Assembly: GCF_009914755.1 (NCBI RefSeq)
Contig: NC_060932.1
DNA: 64,000 nt
Source of the DNA: the human T2T-CHM13v2.0 reference genome, Homo sapiens
Strand: one strand, 5' to 3'
Position 1 is the first letter of the stretch. The number at the start of each line of letters is the position of its first letter. The translations under genes and the position numbers were made by a program. The notes under the pieces were generated by a model, which saw only the letters and a list, made by a program, of their open reading frames with translations, was not told the DNA's origin and made no database searches. This document shows positions 26,879-40,565 of this stretch, piece after piece.

Positions 26879-28260
26879 AGGCTGAATTTCTTTTGACTCC
26901 TTGAAGGACACTCATATTTGCTCTCTTTATTAAGCTGCCACATGGATTTTTATTTGGCTTGGAATATTTTCCCTTTCTAATGGTACACTCCTCTGCCCAT
27001 TTGTGTCCTTGAAGAACCAGATACTTTCTATATGCTCCTGCATACTTCTATTTAGTTTGCATCCTTTAATACTACAGTGTCCATGGCAGCTTGTATTCAT
27101 GGCATATAGGTTACATGGGGAAAAAAGAAAGATAGGAGAAAAATGAAGAGATCAAGGCATTAGGGCTCTCAACCAACTGGAAGAACTGGTGCAGTGGGAA
27201 TAATGTTAAAAAATTGTTGTCAGAAAGTGAAATAGTAGTGTCTTAAGGTTTTAGAGTTACAGGTGAAACTCTCAGGTTCCAAATAATCTCTGATAGATAA
27301 TACATTCTTAACAGCTCCTTTTATGATGATTCCAGGTTCTGAACCTGGTATCAGGGCTAGCCTCCCTCAAAGCAGGTGGCAGCTTGCTACATTCTCTTTC
27401 TTGGGTGATTTGTATATAGTCACAAATGAGGTTTCACAGGGCCTAGTACATAGTAAGTACTCTGTGAAAGTCAGTTATAATAATAATAATAATATGCCCC
27501 ATTTTCAAACTGGGTGTTATAGAAGCAGGGCAAGAAATTATGAGAAAAGGAGCCACTGCCTAAAAGAGTTGATTGAAAGAGATCATAGAGGTCATAGGTA
27601 TAACAGGTACTTGGCCTTTGGGCTTTTCTTGCTTTGTATTGAACAAAGCAGAAATAAGTAGGTCAAGGGAGCTTGATGGCAAGCAGTAGCCTCAGCTCGT
27701 TTGTTTCTCAGGCATCCACTGCCTATTTCTGTATCCTTAAGAAGAGATGCTGCTGTATCCACATCAGCCTAGATTTTAGAATTATAATTGATGGAGGAGG
27801 GAAAAGCTTCTTTGTTGCTAATTAAAAGAAAGTTAATAATATTAAAATGGAAAGCCATCTAAAATTTTGGAACTTAATGAACATTTTTCCTTTTGTTCAA
27901 AAAATGAATATACTGAATTTTTGTTTCCCTGACATAATATTGTACATCTGAATTATGTTGATCATAGACCAAAGTTATCAACATTGTGTAGGCATTGGAT
28001 AATATTGTAAATTTGTTTTATAAATTTATAACTATATGAAAGAAGGTTGTCGGGATAATATCAAGTGATGAAGGTATATGAAAGTTTATTGGAGTAATGT
28101 TTTTGAGGTAAGTTAGCCAACCATTTAGGACTGCAGGAGCGCACCTTGTCCAGAGTCATAATTATTGTAAATGAGATGGATATGGTTAAAAAACAGACCA
28201 AAAAAAACCATGTTACTTCTTGTTTTTTGACGGTACATTTTTTTTTTTAAACTCTAATAG

Positions 28261-28352
28261 AATATGGAAGGCTCCATGTTGACAATCAGCTTTGGAAGTT
28301 GGATGGAACTACCTGGACTTAAATTTAAGGACTGGGTATCAAGTAAACGAAG
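28261..28352 (+). CDS. OSGIN2: OSGIN2 exon 5: NMEGSMLTISFGSWMELPGLKFKDWVSSKR(R)
   Basis: ctctaatag| ... AG|gtaaag, 92 nt, frame continuous. Confidence 0.95.
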
Positions 28353-28819
28353 GTAAAGATTGAACTGTATTAAAATTCTTTGGTGTACGTTGAAAAAGAG
28401 AATGTGGAAAAATTTCAAAATATTTGTGATTTTGTCATGGCTGAAGAATATAAATGTACGTCTTTCAAATAAAAATGTGTCCTTGAAGCAGTGATTATAA
28501 TATGCTAGTTTTCATTTAGAGATGTTATAAAACTAAGCACAGAGCTAAGGGATTATTGCAGATTGGTTTCCTGTGACTTTTGTTAATCATGGGTTTATCT
28601 ACTGTCTTGTTACATCACTCTCTGTTTAGTTACTTTCTCATCCATCCATATATTATTTTTCATACTTTATTTTTATGCATTGATATATAACTTTATCTAT
28701 GCATATCTCTTATATGAATACCTAAACTCTGCATACCTAAAGTGTTTGACTTTCAGTATAAAGATTGTATATTTTATGATTGATAATTTAAAATGATGGA
28801 TAAGCTAGAATCTGGCTTA

Positions 28820-29233
<414 letters not shown>

Positions 29234-29895
29234 TTAAAAAGAGAAATATGAAAATCCTGTCAATCATTTTCAAGGATAGTAAATATTAGATAAGAATTAC
29301 TAATACAGAGAATCTACTCTAATTTGACTACTCACAAAATAAGAAGTTACGTAACCTTTGTTAGAACAGGGATGTAACATTTGAGTACTTCACTTCCTGC
29401 TACATAACAACCATGTTAATTCATAGAAATTTTCCTTAATATGAGGAAATTCAGGGAGAGCAAATTTACATCATCATGGGTAATTGAGATTAAACCTTTC
29501 CAAAAATTCATTTTAGATTTTTAAAAAGAATTATATATGGGTTTGAAACTTGAAGTAAAATTAGGCAAGTTGTACAGTTCTTGATCTTCGTAACTTGGCA
29601 AGTGAAATTGCTTAACACATTCTTCACTTTGTAAAAGGGTAAGAAAGAGAAAGCTTTATGATTTATGTACCAGAAGCATTTACTTTTCTAAATTATGCAT
29701 ATTGTGTTGAAGTAATATGTGCAAATGAATTTTGTGATAAATTTAGGTTTAGTTGCTGCCTTTGTATAAAGAGAAGACTCTTAGGTCTCTAGAGATTGGT
29801 GGAGTTTGAGTTCCGACTTATGACTTCTAGTGTTGTGATCCTGAACAAATAAACTAGTTGTCAATTTTCCATTCTGTAAAATGGAGATGATAATA

Positions 29896-30509
29896 CAGCC
29901 GTGTATTGCTTAATGATGGTGATATGTTCTGAGAATTGTGTCGTTAGGTGATTTCGTTGGGCAAACATCATAAAGTGTACTTAACACAAACCTCCGTGGT
30001 ATAGCCTACTATACCCTTAGGCTATAGGGTATAGCCTGTTGCTCCTAGGCTACAACCCAGTACAGCATGTTGCTGTACTGAATACTATAGGCAGTTGTAA
30101 CACAATTGTAAGTATTTTTGTATCTAAATATACAAAAAGTACAGTAAAAATACGATATAAAAGATTTAAAATGGTATACCTGTGGGAGGTACCATACCAA
30201 AAATGGTATACCTGTATAAGGGCGCTTACCATGAATGGAGCTTGGAGGGCTGGAAGCTGCTTTGGATGAGTCAGTGAGTGGTGAGTGAATGTGAAGGCCT
30301 AGCACATTACTGTACACTAAGGTACACTTTATAAACACTGCACACTTAGGGTACACTGAATTTCTTTTTAAAAAAGTAATTTTACCACAACTTTAAGATG
30401 GCTGTGATGTCACTAAGCTGTAGGAATTTTTCAGCTCCTTTATAATCCTTTATGGGACCATTGTTGTATATGCTATCCTTTGTTGATTGAATTATGTGAC
30501 ACATGACTG
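29896..30509. mobile_element. Tigger3-family (TcMar) non-autonomous element
   Basis: TIR-like ends cagccgtgta... / ...acatgactg; gttctgagaattgtgtcgttaggtgatttcg and ggtatagcctactata core. Confidence 0.82.
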
Positions 30510-30600
30510 AAGAAGTAAAAATCTAAAGTTAATTCTAAATCTTAATAATAATTATTAAACTTCAAAAGAAAAATTTTTGTGAACTTCCCATTACAAGTTA

Positions 30601-30967
30601 CAAACAGTCCCTGATTAATCATGGTTTCACTTAAGGTTTTTAGGTTTTAAGGTGGTACCAAAGTGATGTGCATTTCATACAAACTATACTTTGGGTACCA
30701 ATGCAACTGTTCTGTTTTTCACTTTCAGTATAGAATTCAATAAGTCACATGAGGTATTCAACACTTTATTATAAAATAGGCATTTTGTTAGATGATTTTG
30801 CCCAACTGTAGGCTAGTGTAAGTGCTCTGAGCACATTTAAGGCAAGCTAGGCTAAGCTTTGATGTTCAGTAAGCTAGTTGTTATTAAATGCATTTTTGAC
30901 TTAAAATATTTTCAACTTACAATTGGTCTATCAGGACAAACCCTACTGTAAATTGAAGAGCATCCAC
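30601..30967. mobile_element. MER47A-like (Tigger5) MITE
   Basis: acactttattataaaataggcattttgttagatgattttgcccaactgtaggctagtgtaagtg; clearly homologous to 40310-40565 in this window. Confidence 0.85.
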
Positions 30968-31683
30968 ATCATGAATTATGTCAAATAATTTGCTTCTTAT
31001 CTCTGATTGGGGCAGGGGATTTTGCTTGTTGCTTTGAACTTTGGAAAATGACATACAGACTAATGCAAGTTTTTCATAACAGTTATGTTTTAGCTCTGCT
31101 TGTGAGTAGGAAAACACATAGAGTGAAATGTCATCTGTTACTTAACCTAGATGTAAGATGACTTTGTTTAGCAAAAGACAGATCTGAATTATTTTCAGCT
31201 GTTAGGAAAATAGCAGTGTACTAAAATTCATGTCAAGATGGCATGTATAATTTTAAGAAGCATAGATATTAGTTAGGCCTGTAATATCTCAATGATTGCC
31301 ATGAAAATAATTCAGTTGATAGTTATAGATTATAATTGTGAGATAAAGTAGTCCAATTTTCAAATATCCACATTTTAATACCTTCATTTAATGAAAGTTT
31401 ATCAAGCAGTGTATTTGAGCAGACACTATGCATGGCACTGGGGAAACAGAAGTGCATTAAATATAGTCTCTGCTCTCATGGGACTTCTTCCAATTTTTTG
31501 CTAAAAAGTAACTCATGAAGATTTTTAACTAAAAATAGTTTTTTTTTTAAGTGTTAGGATAATGTATAGCTAAGACAGTCCAGCAGAATTAAAAAGCTAT
31601 AAAAGCTTACTAGGTAGATAAGTAATAATCATGGAAACTGAAAGTAGTATCCTTATAGGATATTTTTCCTTTTCCTTTTTTAG

Positions 31684-32713
31684 GAGCCTAAAAGGGGATC
31701 GAGTTATGCCAGAGGAAATAGCTCGCTACTATAAACATTATGTAAAAGTCATGGGTCTTCAGAAGAATTTCAGAGAGAATACTTACATAACTTCCGTATC
31801 AAGACTCTACAGAGATCAAGATGATGATGATATTCAAGACAGAGATATTTCAACAAAGCATTTACAGATAGAGAAGTCAAACTTTATCAAGAGAAACTGG
31901 GAAATTAGGGGTTATCAGCGAATAGCTGATGGTTCTCATGTTCCCTTCTGCCTCTTTGCTGAGAATGTAGCGCTGGCAACTGGAACGCTGGATTCTCCTG
32001 CCCATCTGGAAATTGAAGGGGAAGATTTTCCTTTTGTGTTTCATTCAATGCCTGAATTTGGAGCTGCTATAAACAAAGGAAAGTTGCGTGGCAAAGTGGA
32101 TCCAGTGTTAATTGTAGGTTCTGGGCTTACTGCCGCTGACGCAGTACTGTGTGCTTACAACAGTAATATCCCTGTGATTCATGTGTTTCGCAGACGAGTA
32201 ACTGATCCAAGCTTAATTTTCAAACAGCTTCCCAAAAAGCTGTATCCTGAATATCATAAAGTCTATCATATGATGTGTACTCAGTCATATTCTGTAGACT
32301 CAAATCTTTTATCTGATTATACCAGCTTTCCCGAGCACCGTGTGCTTTCCTTTAAGTCGGACATGAAATGTGTTCTCCAAAGCGTTTCTGGATTGAAGAA
32401 AATATTTAAGCTGTCTGCAGCAGTAGTATTGATAGGTTCTCATCCTAATCTGTCTTTTCTGAAGGATCAAGGGTGTTACCTAGGCCATAAGTCAAGCCAG
32501 CCAATCACATGTAAGGGTAATCCTGTGGAAATAGATACATATACCTATGAGTGTATTAAAGAAGCCAACCTTTTTGCATTGGGTCCTTTGGTTGGAGACA
32601 ATTTTGTTCGATTTTTAAAGGGAGGGGCGCTGGGTGTTACACGCTGTTTAGCTACAAGACAGAAGAAAAAGCATTTGTTTGTTGAAAGAGGAGGAGGAGA
32701 TGGGATAGCTTAA
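31684..32713 (+). CDS. OSGIN2: OSGIN2 last coding exon (oxidative stress-induced growth inhibitor family member 2), flavoprotein oxidoreductase fold
   Basis: ttttttag|G AGC CTA; ORF 31631-32713 contains VALATG, VLIVGSGLTAADA and NLFALGPL; TAA at 32711-32713. The exons total 44+155+137+192+92+1030 = 1650 nt = 549 aa. Confidence 0.97.
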
Positions 32714-33099
32714 AGCAAGTTTACAAGTAATTAAAATGGACAGTTTGCCATTAAAGATTTTTAATAGTGGTTTTGCAGTGTACTGGCTTGAATTTTCTGG
32801 ACTTGAGTTAACTGAAGGAGAGCCTCAAACTATAGTAACTTCATTTTTAAAAGTTACTAGAATTTGGTATCCTGATTTATATTGCAGTGTTTCAAAGGTG
32901 TCACTGTCAGACAAATAGAAACACTGCCAACTTGGTGTAACTTAAGCTTTCATTTAACTAAAACATTCTTTTCTTGCAAAACTTATTTTTCATGATCATT
33001 TTTGGTTATTTATTATACTTGATTCCAAAATAGTACAGCCTTGAATCTATAAAACTGTGCAGTCATTATGCCAGAAATTATCTTAAATATATAATGGGT

Positions 33100-33250
33100 C
33101 ACCTTGCTGTTCAAAGGGTGGTGCAAGGTCCTGCAGCATCTTACATCTGTAGCTTGTTAGAAATGTAAACTCTCAGGCCCCACAACTTACTTCCTGCATT
33201 TTAACAAGATCCCCAAGGGATATGTATGCTCATAAAAATTTGAGACACTG
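33100..33250. mobile_element. MER5A-family hAT-Charlie remnant in the OSGIN2 3'UTR
   Basis: agcttgttagaaatgtaaactctcaggcccc...ctgcattttaacaagatcccca...tttgagacactg. Confidence 0.75.
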
Positions 33251-35030
33251 GTTTAAATGAAAATGGATATAAGGTATGTATAACTGGGGGTGGGGTGAGG
33301 GTAGGAGGCATTTACAACTCAGATTTTATTTATTTTGAAATTATCAATTGTATAAATCTAATTTATTACCAAATAGGGTCTTTTAAAAAATATTTTTATC
33401 GTTGAAACCTTGACAGGTACTTCATATTCTTCTAATAATTTAAACAGTCCAATAATGTGGTATACACTTTGACATCCAAGAACTCACCAAGATGTTTTTC
33501 AGAGATTTATTCTCGATTTAACTATCATAGCATTTAATGAATCTGATTTGTAGTTCAATAAATTGTGGGTTGAACTACTTATCCCTGTGTGAACATTGAA
33601 TTACTTTCTGTCACTGAAACTGAGGTATTTGGGTGTGGTAAGTACTTCGAAAATTGTAATACTGTTTGGGCATTGTCTAAATTATTAAAGGTTAAAATAG
33701 AAAATAAAGTCAGAATTTTTCTTTTCCATTCCAAAGGTGTACTTAGAGATCTCTATTAGTATTCATTCGAGATGACATAGCAGCTCATATCATGGTTGTT
33801 TATTGGATTTATCTGTTCTAATTATATAAGTGTGTTTACTGTCTGTGTTTTCACACAAACTGCTAGAATTTTTAATGTTAAGACGAAAACATCTGAAGTT
33901 CTCCATGGCAAATTGAATTTTTCAGTCATTTTCTTTTCTTTTTTTGGTACAATTACTTCATCTGGAATGTCTTCATTGAACTCGTTATTCTATTTTTCTT
34001 AGAATTAAAAGTGGATTAATGTGGGTTTTTCTGTTCATTTTATTGCAGTATTAAATGCTTAAGCTTATTAGGACCATAATTCACTTTAAATATAATTGTA
34101 TAGAATATATTTGCGTCGATCAAATAATTGCTTCAGATGAATTCTTAGACTCTTGATAATATCACACCTAATTTAACTTGATTTTACAAGCTGTACAATC
34201 CAGTTTTAGTTTTCTATTGTGATAATAACTTTTTTCAAACCAGTTTCACATCTTAATGAAATAACATTCTCTGACTGCACTTGCTTCAGTACTCTCTTGC
34301 CTGCCTGTTTTTGACCTCTGCATGAGTTGGATTAGATGTTTTTCTTACTGTCACTTCTAAATAGAAAATGACAGTGTTATAAAAAAGGGAAGGATAAAAC
34401 CTTTGACATCCCCTTGTGTCTCAAAAGTCCACAGTTATTCAAACAATGGCTTTTTTTGTGATGAGAGTATTTGTTAAAAAAAAAAAAAGACTTCAAGAAA
34501 AATAAAAGTTCAGTGGAGCTGCAAATAAATCTGGTGAATAATTTCATCTTTGGTAATCTCCCATTTCCTGAGTTCTTCCTCAATCCAAGCTGTCCTGTGT
34601 AGTATATAACATTTGGGCATTTTCTCTGATATACTATACTCTCATGTTCTATAAATTTCTGTCCCGTAATTCTAACACTTTACATTTTTTCTTTGCTATC
34701 AGCTATAGCTATTCATGGAAGGGAAGAATCACTAAATACTTGTCTAGTTATAGCATGATGTGAGCATCTCCTCCTTATCCCTCGATGCCTGGCTTGGTGT
34801 CTGGCAAACAGTCCATAATTAGCAGATGTTGAAAGACCGTTTACAAAGCAGAATTTGGGGATTTAAAGTGCAATGATACAACAAAAAGATTTAATTACAG
34901 CTTCCAGTGTTTTGACTATGTGAACCATATCCAACTACTTTTTTGAAAATCTAGTTCTATGTAATATATTTCTGTGGCATCAAATTTTAGTTGATTGTAT
35001 TAGTCAATAGGAAGTGGTGGAAAATTTCTA

Positions 35031-35053
35031 AATAAATTCAACTATTAAATAAA
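35031..35053 (+). terminator. OSGIN2: OSGIN2 distal poly(A) signal cluster
   Basis: AATAAA 35031-35036, ATTAAA 35044-35049 and AATAAA 35048-35053, followed by GT-rich tagtgtttgg. Confidence 0.8.
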
Positions 35054-35149
35054 TGCAAGTTCCACTAAATCTTAGTGTTTGGAACACTGAAGAACCCAGA
35101 ATGAAACAAAATTAGACTGAATGTAAATGTCATTTAAAAATCTAACTGG

Positions 35150-35448
<299 letters not shown>

Positions 35449-37498
35449 CTAACTCGGTTACAGAGGCTGCTTGTTGCATAGAGCCATTTTGATCTGATCA
35501 GATCATACAGTTTTTAAGTTGTATACTTTCCTTGTGGGGGGAGGGGGATAAAGGGCCTGAGTCCCCTAAGGCTAGTCTGAAGAGTATGTGAAATAAGGAT
35601 TAAAGAGATACCCTGATTATTTTGAACAACTACCCACTCCCCCCCCGCCGCCAACCACCCATGCAGGTTATTCAAGAGAAATGGTGTCTGGGGAAGGAAC
35701 AGGGTAAAAAAGGTGAAGATCATGACTAATAAAGCATAAAAAGAATGAAAACCTTCAAATTAAAAATAAAAGGATGGCGTCCTGGTTTTAATCATGATGG
35801 AGTAATAAGAATAGGGCTTACCTTTTACTGTAATAATCAACTATAAAACTCTAGAAAATATATAAAGCAGTGTTTTCATACAGTTGTAGACAGCAGTCCA
35901 GGACTGATTTTTAAGAGAAGAAACAAGCGGTGAGCTCCATAGTCACCCTGACTTTCTGCTTGAAGGTACTTTGCAAACTAACACAAAGTGGAGTATGTCT
36001 GGTTGGGAGAAAATAACACAGTATAGGGTTCCTGCTGGAATCTGCTGGGCAGAGTACTGGGGAGGAGGAAGCTGCAGAGATGCAGCTGCAGAAATCTGCA
36101 TAATTTTCTTACATCTGGCACAATACTAAACAGTACAGGGAGAAACCATGGGGCTTTAGGGATCAGCAGCTATAAGTTAGGGGCCGAGTGGAGACTTTGA
36201 AGGTATTCAGCTCTGGAAGACATTGGAATTCTGGCCAAATAGCAGAGCCAGACCTTGCTGAACACCTCAAGCATTCAGCTGAAACCCCAAAAAGGCCATG
36301 CCTTGCGAATAGGGGTACCTTAATTTGCCCCAAACTAAGCCTCAACAGGATCAAGCAGAACTGTGAGTAAATTAACTGCCTGCCAGCACAAGACTTGACA
36401 CTCCTCAAGGAAGACAAAATCCAGACTGTCACAACAGCATCAGTAATGTCCAGCACACAATAAAAGATTACTGGGTGTCCAGACAAGAAAATGTGACACA
36501 GCCAGACAAAACAAGCAATCAAAACAGATCTAAGAATTGATACAAATGTTGGAAGTCGCAGACAAGTACTTTAAAAGTTAATATGTTCAAAATATTAAAA
36601 TGACACTGAACAAGTAGGGAATCTCAGAAGAAAAACTAAAAAGTGAACATTCTATAGCTGAAAAGTACATTCTGAAATGAAAAATTCACTGGATGAGCCT
36701 AACATACCGGACGCTGGAGAAGAAAAGATAATGAACTTGAGAACAGGTTAATATAAACTATCCAAAAAAAGCATAGAGAAAACTAAAAAAACAATTGCCA
36801 GACTTGATGTGATAATATCAAGTGTCTAACATGTACAGTTGGAATTCAAAAGGAGAGGAAGACTGGGCCAGAGAAACACATATTTGGAGAATTAAAAGCT
36901 GAAAAATTTACAAATTTCATTTAAAAAATCTACAACCCATAGATCCAAGAAACTCAAACTGCAAACAGGATAAATATTAAGGAAATCACGCCTATGCACC
37001 TAATAGATTGCTGAGAAAAATAGGAAAGTTTAAAAGCTGTCGGAGAAAAAAGGGAACAATGATGAGAATACATGACTAGAAAAAAATGCAATCAAGAAGA
37101 CAGTCTTAAATATCTTTGAATTGCTAAAGTAAAAATACTGCCAAACTAAAATTCTATATCCAGTGAAAATATTCTTCAAAACGAGTGAAATAGTCGTTTT
37201 TGGATATGTGAAAGTTGAGAAAATATGCTGTCAGAAGACCTGCACTGCAAAAAGTGGAAATTCTTCACATTGAAGGTACATGATACCTGCATATATCTAC
37301 ATGAAAGAAAGAAAAATGCCAGAAATGGTAAATAAAAATTATGTATTTTCTCATTTCTTAAATTATTCAAAATCCAATTGACTGTTGAGAATGTGTTTAA
37401 CCAAAAACAATTTAAAACAAAAAGTAAAAAATTGTATGATTTAGGACATGTAGAGTAAAATATACGATAATTGTAGCACTGTATAGAAAGACAAATAG

Positions 37499-37705
<207 letters not shown>

Positions 37706-38951
37706 TGATCTTAAGCTGAGCTCAAGTGATCTGCCTGCCTTAGCCTCCCAAAGTGCTGGGATTACAGGCATGAGCCACTGTGCGTGGCAGAAGTATACTT
37801 TTATCAGGTGTATACATTATACAATTAGTGGTGTGTTATTAACTTTAGATAAGAATGCATATCCTTATAGTAACTACTAAAAACAAGTAAAAGGTACAGC
37901 TGTAAAGCCAACAGAAGAGATGAAATGGAATACTAAAAAATAATTCAAAGAAGGCAGAAAAAGAGAAACAGATGGGACAAAATAAGTGAGAAAATAACCA
38001 TGATCATATACTCCAACCCAACCGTAGCAATAATTATATTTACATACAAGTGGATTAAGCACTACCAACTTAAAAGCAAAGATCATCAGATTCAATAAAA
38101 AGCTTCAAAAAGGTTTACAAGAGCTTTATCCAAATATAAAGATACCAATAGGTTATAAGTAAAAATGGAAAAAGACATACCATGAAAACATTAATAAAAT
38201 ACTTCAAGACAAGTATTAGAGATAGATATTTTATAACAATGTTTAGTTAATGGAGAACTTATCAATTCTAAATGTATATGCACCTAATTACTGAGTTTTA
38301 AGATACATAAAAGACAATGGAGAACTAAGGTGAGACAAAGTTACAATCATAGTTGGAGACTGAGTAGACAAAATCAGAAAGGATGTAAGGGATATTCAAT
38401 GGCATTACCAACCACTGATCTGACATTTATAGAACTACTACACCCCTAAACTGCAGAATACTCATTCTTTTTATGTGCAACCAGAATATTCACCAAAATG
38501 GGCCAACAATATGCTTGCCCATAAAACAAGTCTCAAAAAATTTAAAAAGATTAAAATATGACTGAATATGATCTCTGACAACAGTGGAATTTTAGAAATA
38601 GTAACATATAGAAATAAATAGCAATTAACTATTGTATCTTTTGGTAGATGGAAAAATTATATTTGGAAATTAGTCCATACATCAGTGAAAAAAAATCACA
38701 GGGAAATTAGGACATTTTTTGAGCCAAAAGATCACTCAAGTAACCAAATTTGTCACATGCAGCTAAAGAGGTGTGTTGAGTGAAATTCTAAATACTCATT
38801 TTTGAAGCTGGGTTTAAAATCAATGATCTACAAAGGACTAGGGAAAAAGAGCAAATTAAACCCTAAGTAAGCAGAAGCAAGGAAAGTGAAAATCAATGAA
38901 ATAGAAAAAGGAGAGGCCAGGCACGGTGGTTCATGCCTGTAATCCCAGCTA

Positions 38952-39116
<165 letters not shown>

Positions 39117-39898
39117 TCAATGAAATTAAATGTTCTTCAAACAAATTTAATTTATAAACCTCTAGTTAGAGAAGAACCAAAGAACACAAGGTTCAGGTAA
39201 CAAGAAAGGAAAGGGAGACTCCATGACATATTACAGACATTTTAACGCAAATACTATAAACTTTTATACCAATACATTTCACAACTTACTGGAACATATG
39301 AAGTCCTTAAAAGATGCAAACTACTGAAACTACTAGAGGTAGAAAATCTATAGTTCCTTGAGATAAAAAATAAAGACATTTAACATTGTATTGACAGCCA
39401 CTGTAATAGGTAAGAAAAAGAAAAGACAAAAACAATTGGAAGGAAGAAGTAAAACTGCCTGTATTCACCAATGACATGATTGTGTACTTAAAATCCTAAG
39501 GAATCTGCCAAAAAAAAAAAAATTTTGCCAGAATAGGTGAGATTAGCAAGTTCACAGGATCCAAATTCTATACACCAAAAGTAATTGTATTTTCATATAG
39601 AATAAATCATTGCAAGATGAACTTTCTGAAAGTATCGTTTACAGTACCAAAAAAATGCTTAGGGACAGATTAAAACAGATGTCTGAGCCTCTACAGTGAA
39701 ACTACAAAACAATGTGGAAAGAGTAGATCTAAGTAAATGAATAGACATTTTACATGCATGGATTGAAAGACTGAATATTTTTAAGATGTCAGTTCTTCAC
39801 AAATTGATTTTTAGATTCAGCACAATAATTCTAGCCGATTTTTGGGATAGAAATTGACATGCTCAGAGGACTGATGTATCTGACTTCTAGACTTCCTG

Positions 39899-40565
39899 CA
39901 TAGTCCTGACTTACCATTTTTTGACTAGATGGTAGTACAAGAGTGATAGACATTCAGTAGAAAGCCTACTTTGAATTTTGTTCTTTTCCCTGGCTAGTAA
40001 TGTGCCCATAGAATACTCAATCTTGCAATGCTGGGCAGCAGCAGCAAGCCGTAGCTTCCCGTCAGCCACAGCATCAAGAGGGTAAAAACTGATTCTTGCT
40101 CTTTGTGAAGAACACTATTCCTGCTAAACCATCAAGTATTGATGCCCTTAGTGCCTTCAACCAATGCTTCTACTCAAGCCTAATCAGTAGGGAAATTGAT
40201 AATCCTGTTGCTGTAGTATTCCCCATCATGCCGCAATTTTAGTTCAATGCTTCAAACATTCTTCAGGCCCAGTGCGCTTTCAGCTGTGTATGTTTATAGT
40301 GAGTAGCTACACAATCATTCTGTTTTTTGCTTTCAGTTTACTATTCAATAAATTAGATGAAATATTCAGTACTTTACAATAAAATAGCTTTTGTGTTAGA
40401 TGATTTTGCCCAACTATAGGCTACTGTGTCATGAGTACATTTAAGGTAGGCTAGGCTAAGCTATGACGTAGGTTAAGGTGTATTAAATGCACTTTTGACT
40501 TAAATACAGTATTTTCAACTTACATTGCGTTTATTACAATGTAATCCCAACTTAAGGAGCATCTA
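39899..40565. mobile_element. MER47B/Tigger5-like DNA transposon nested in L1 ORF2
   Basis: L1 sequence tctgacttctagacttcctg resumes as tgcagctacagtaattcaaggcagtatgg after the element; termini homologous to 30601-30967. Confidence 0.82.
40530..40535 (-). terminator. NBN: NBN distal poly(A) signal (AATAAA on minus strand)
   Basis: tttatt on the + strand ~2.23 kb past the stop, consistent with the known long NBN transcript. Confidence 0.7.

Larger units (their letters stand above)
32714..35070 (+). other. OSGIN2: OSGIN2 3'UTR (AU-rich, ~2.35 kb)
   Basis: Largely repeat-free AU-rich sequence from the stop codon to clustered poly(A) signals; end coordinate inferred. Confidence 0.8.

Noticed and set aside
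33286-33308. Possible 3'UTR G-quadruplex
   Set aside because: Only three tracts of three or more G plus GG pairs; too weak to call.
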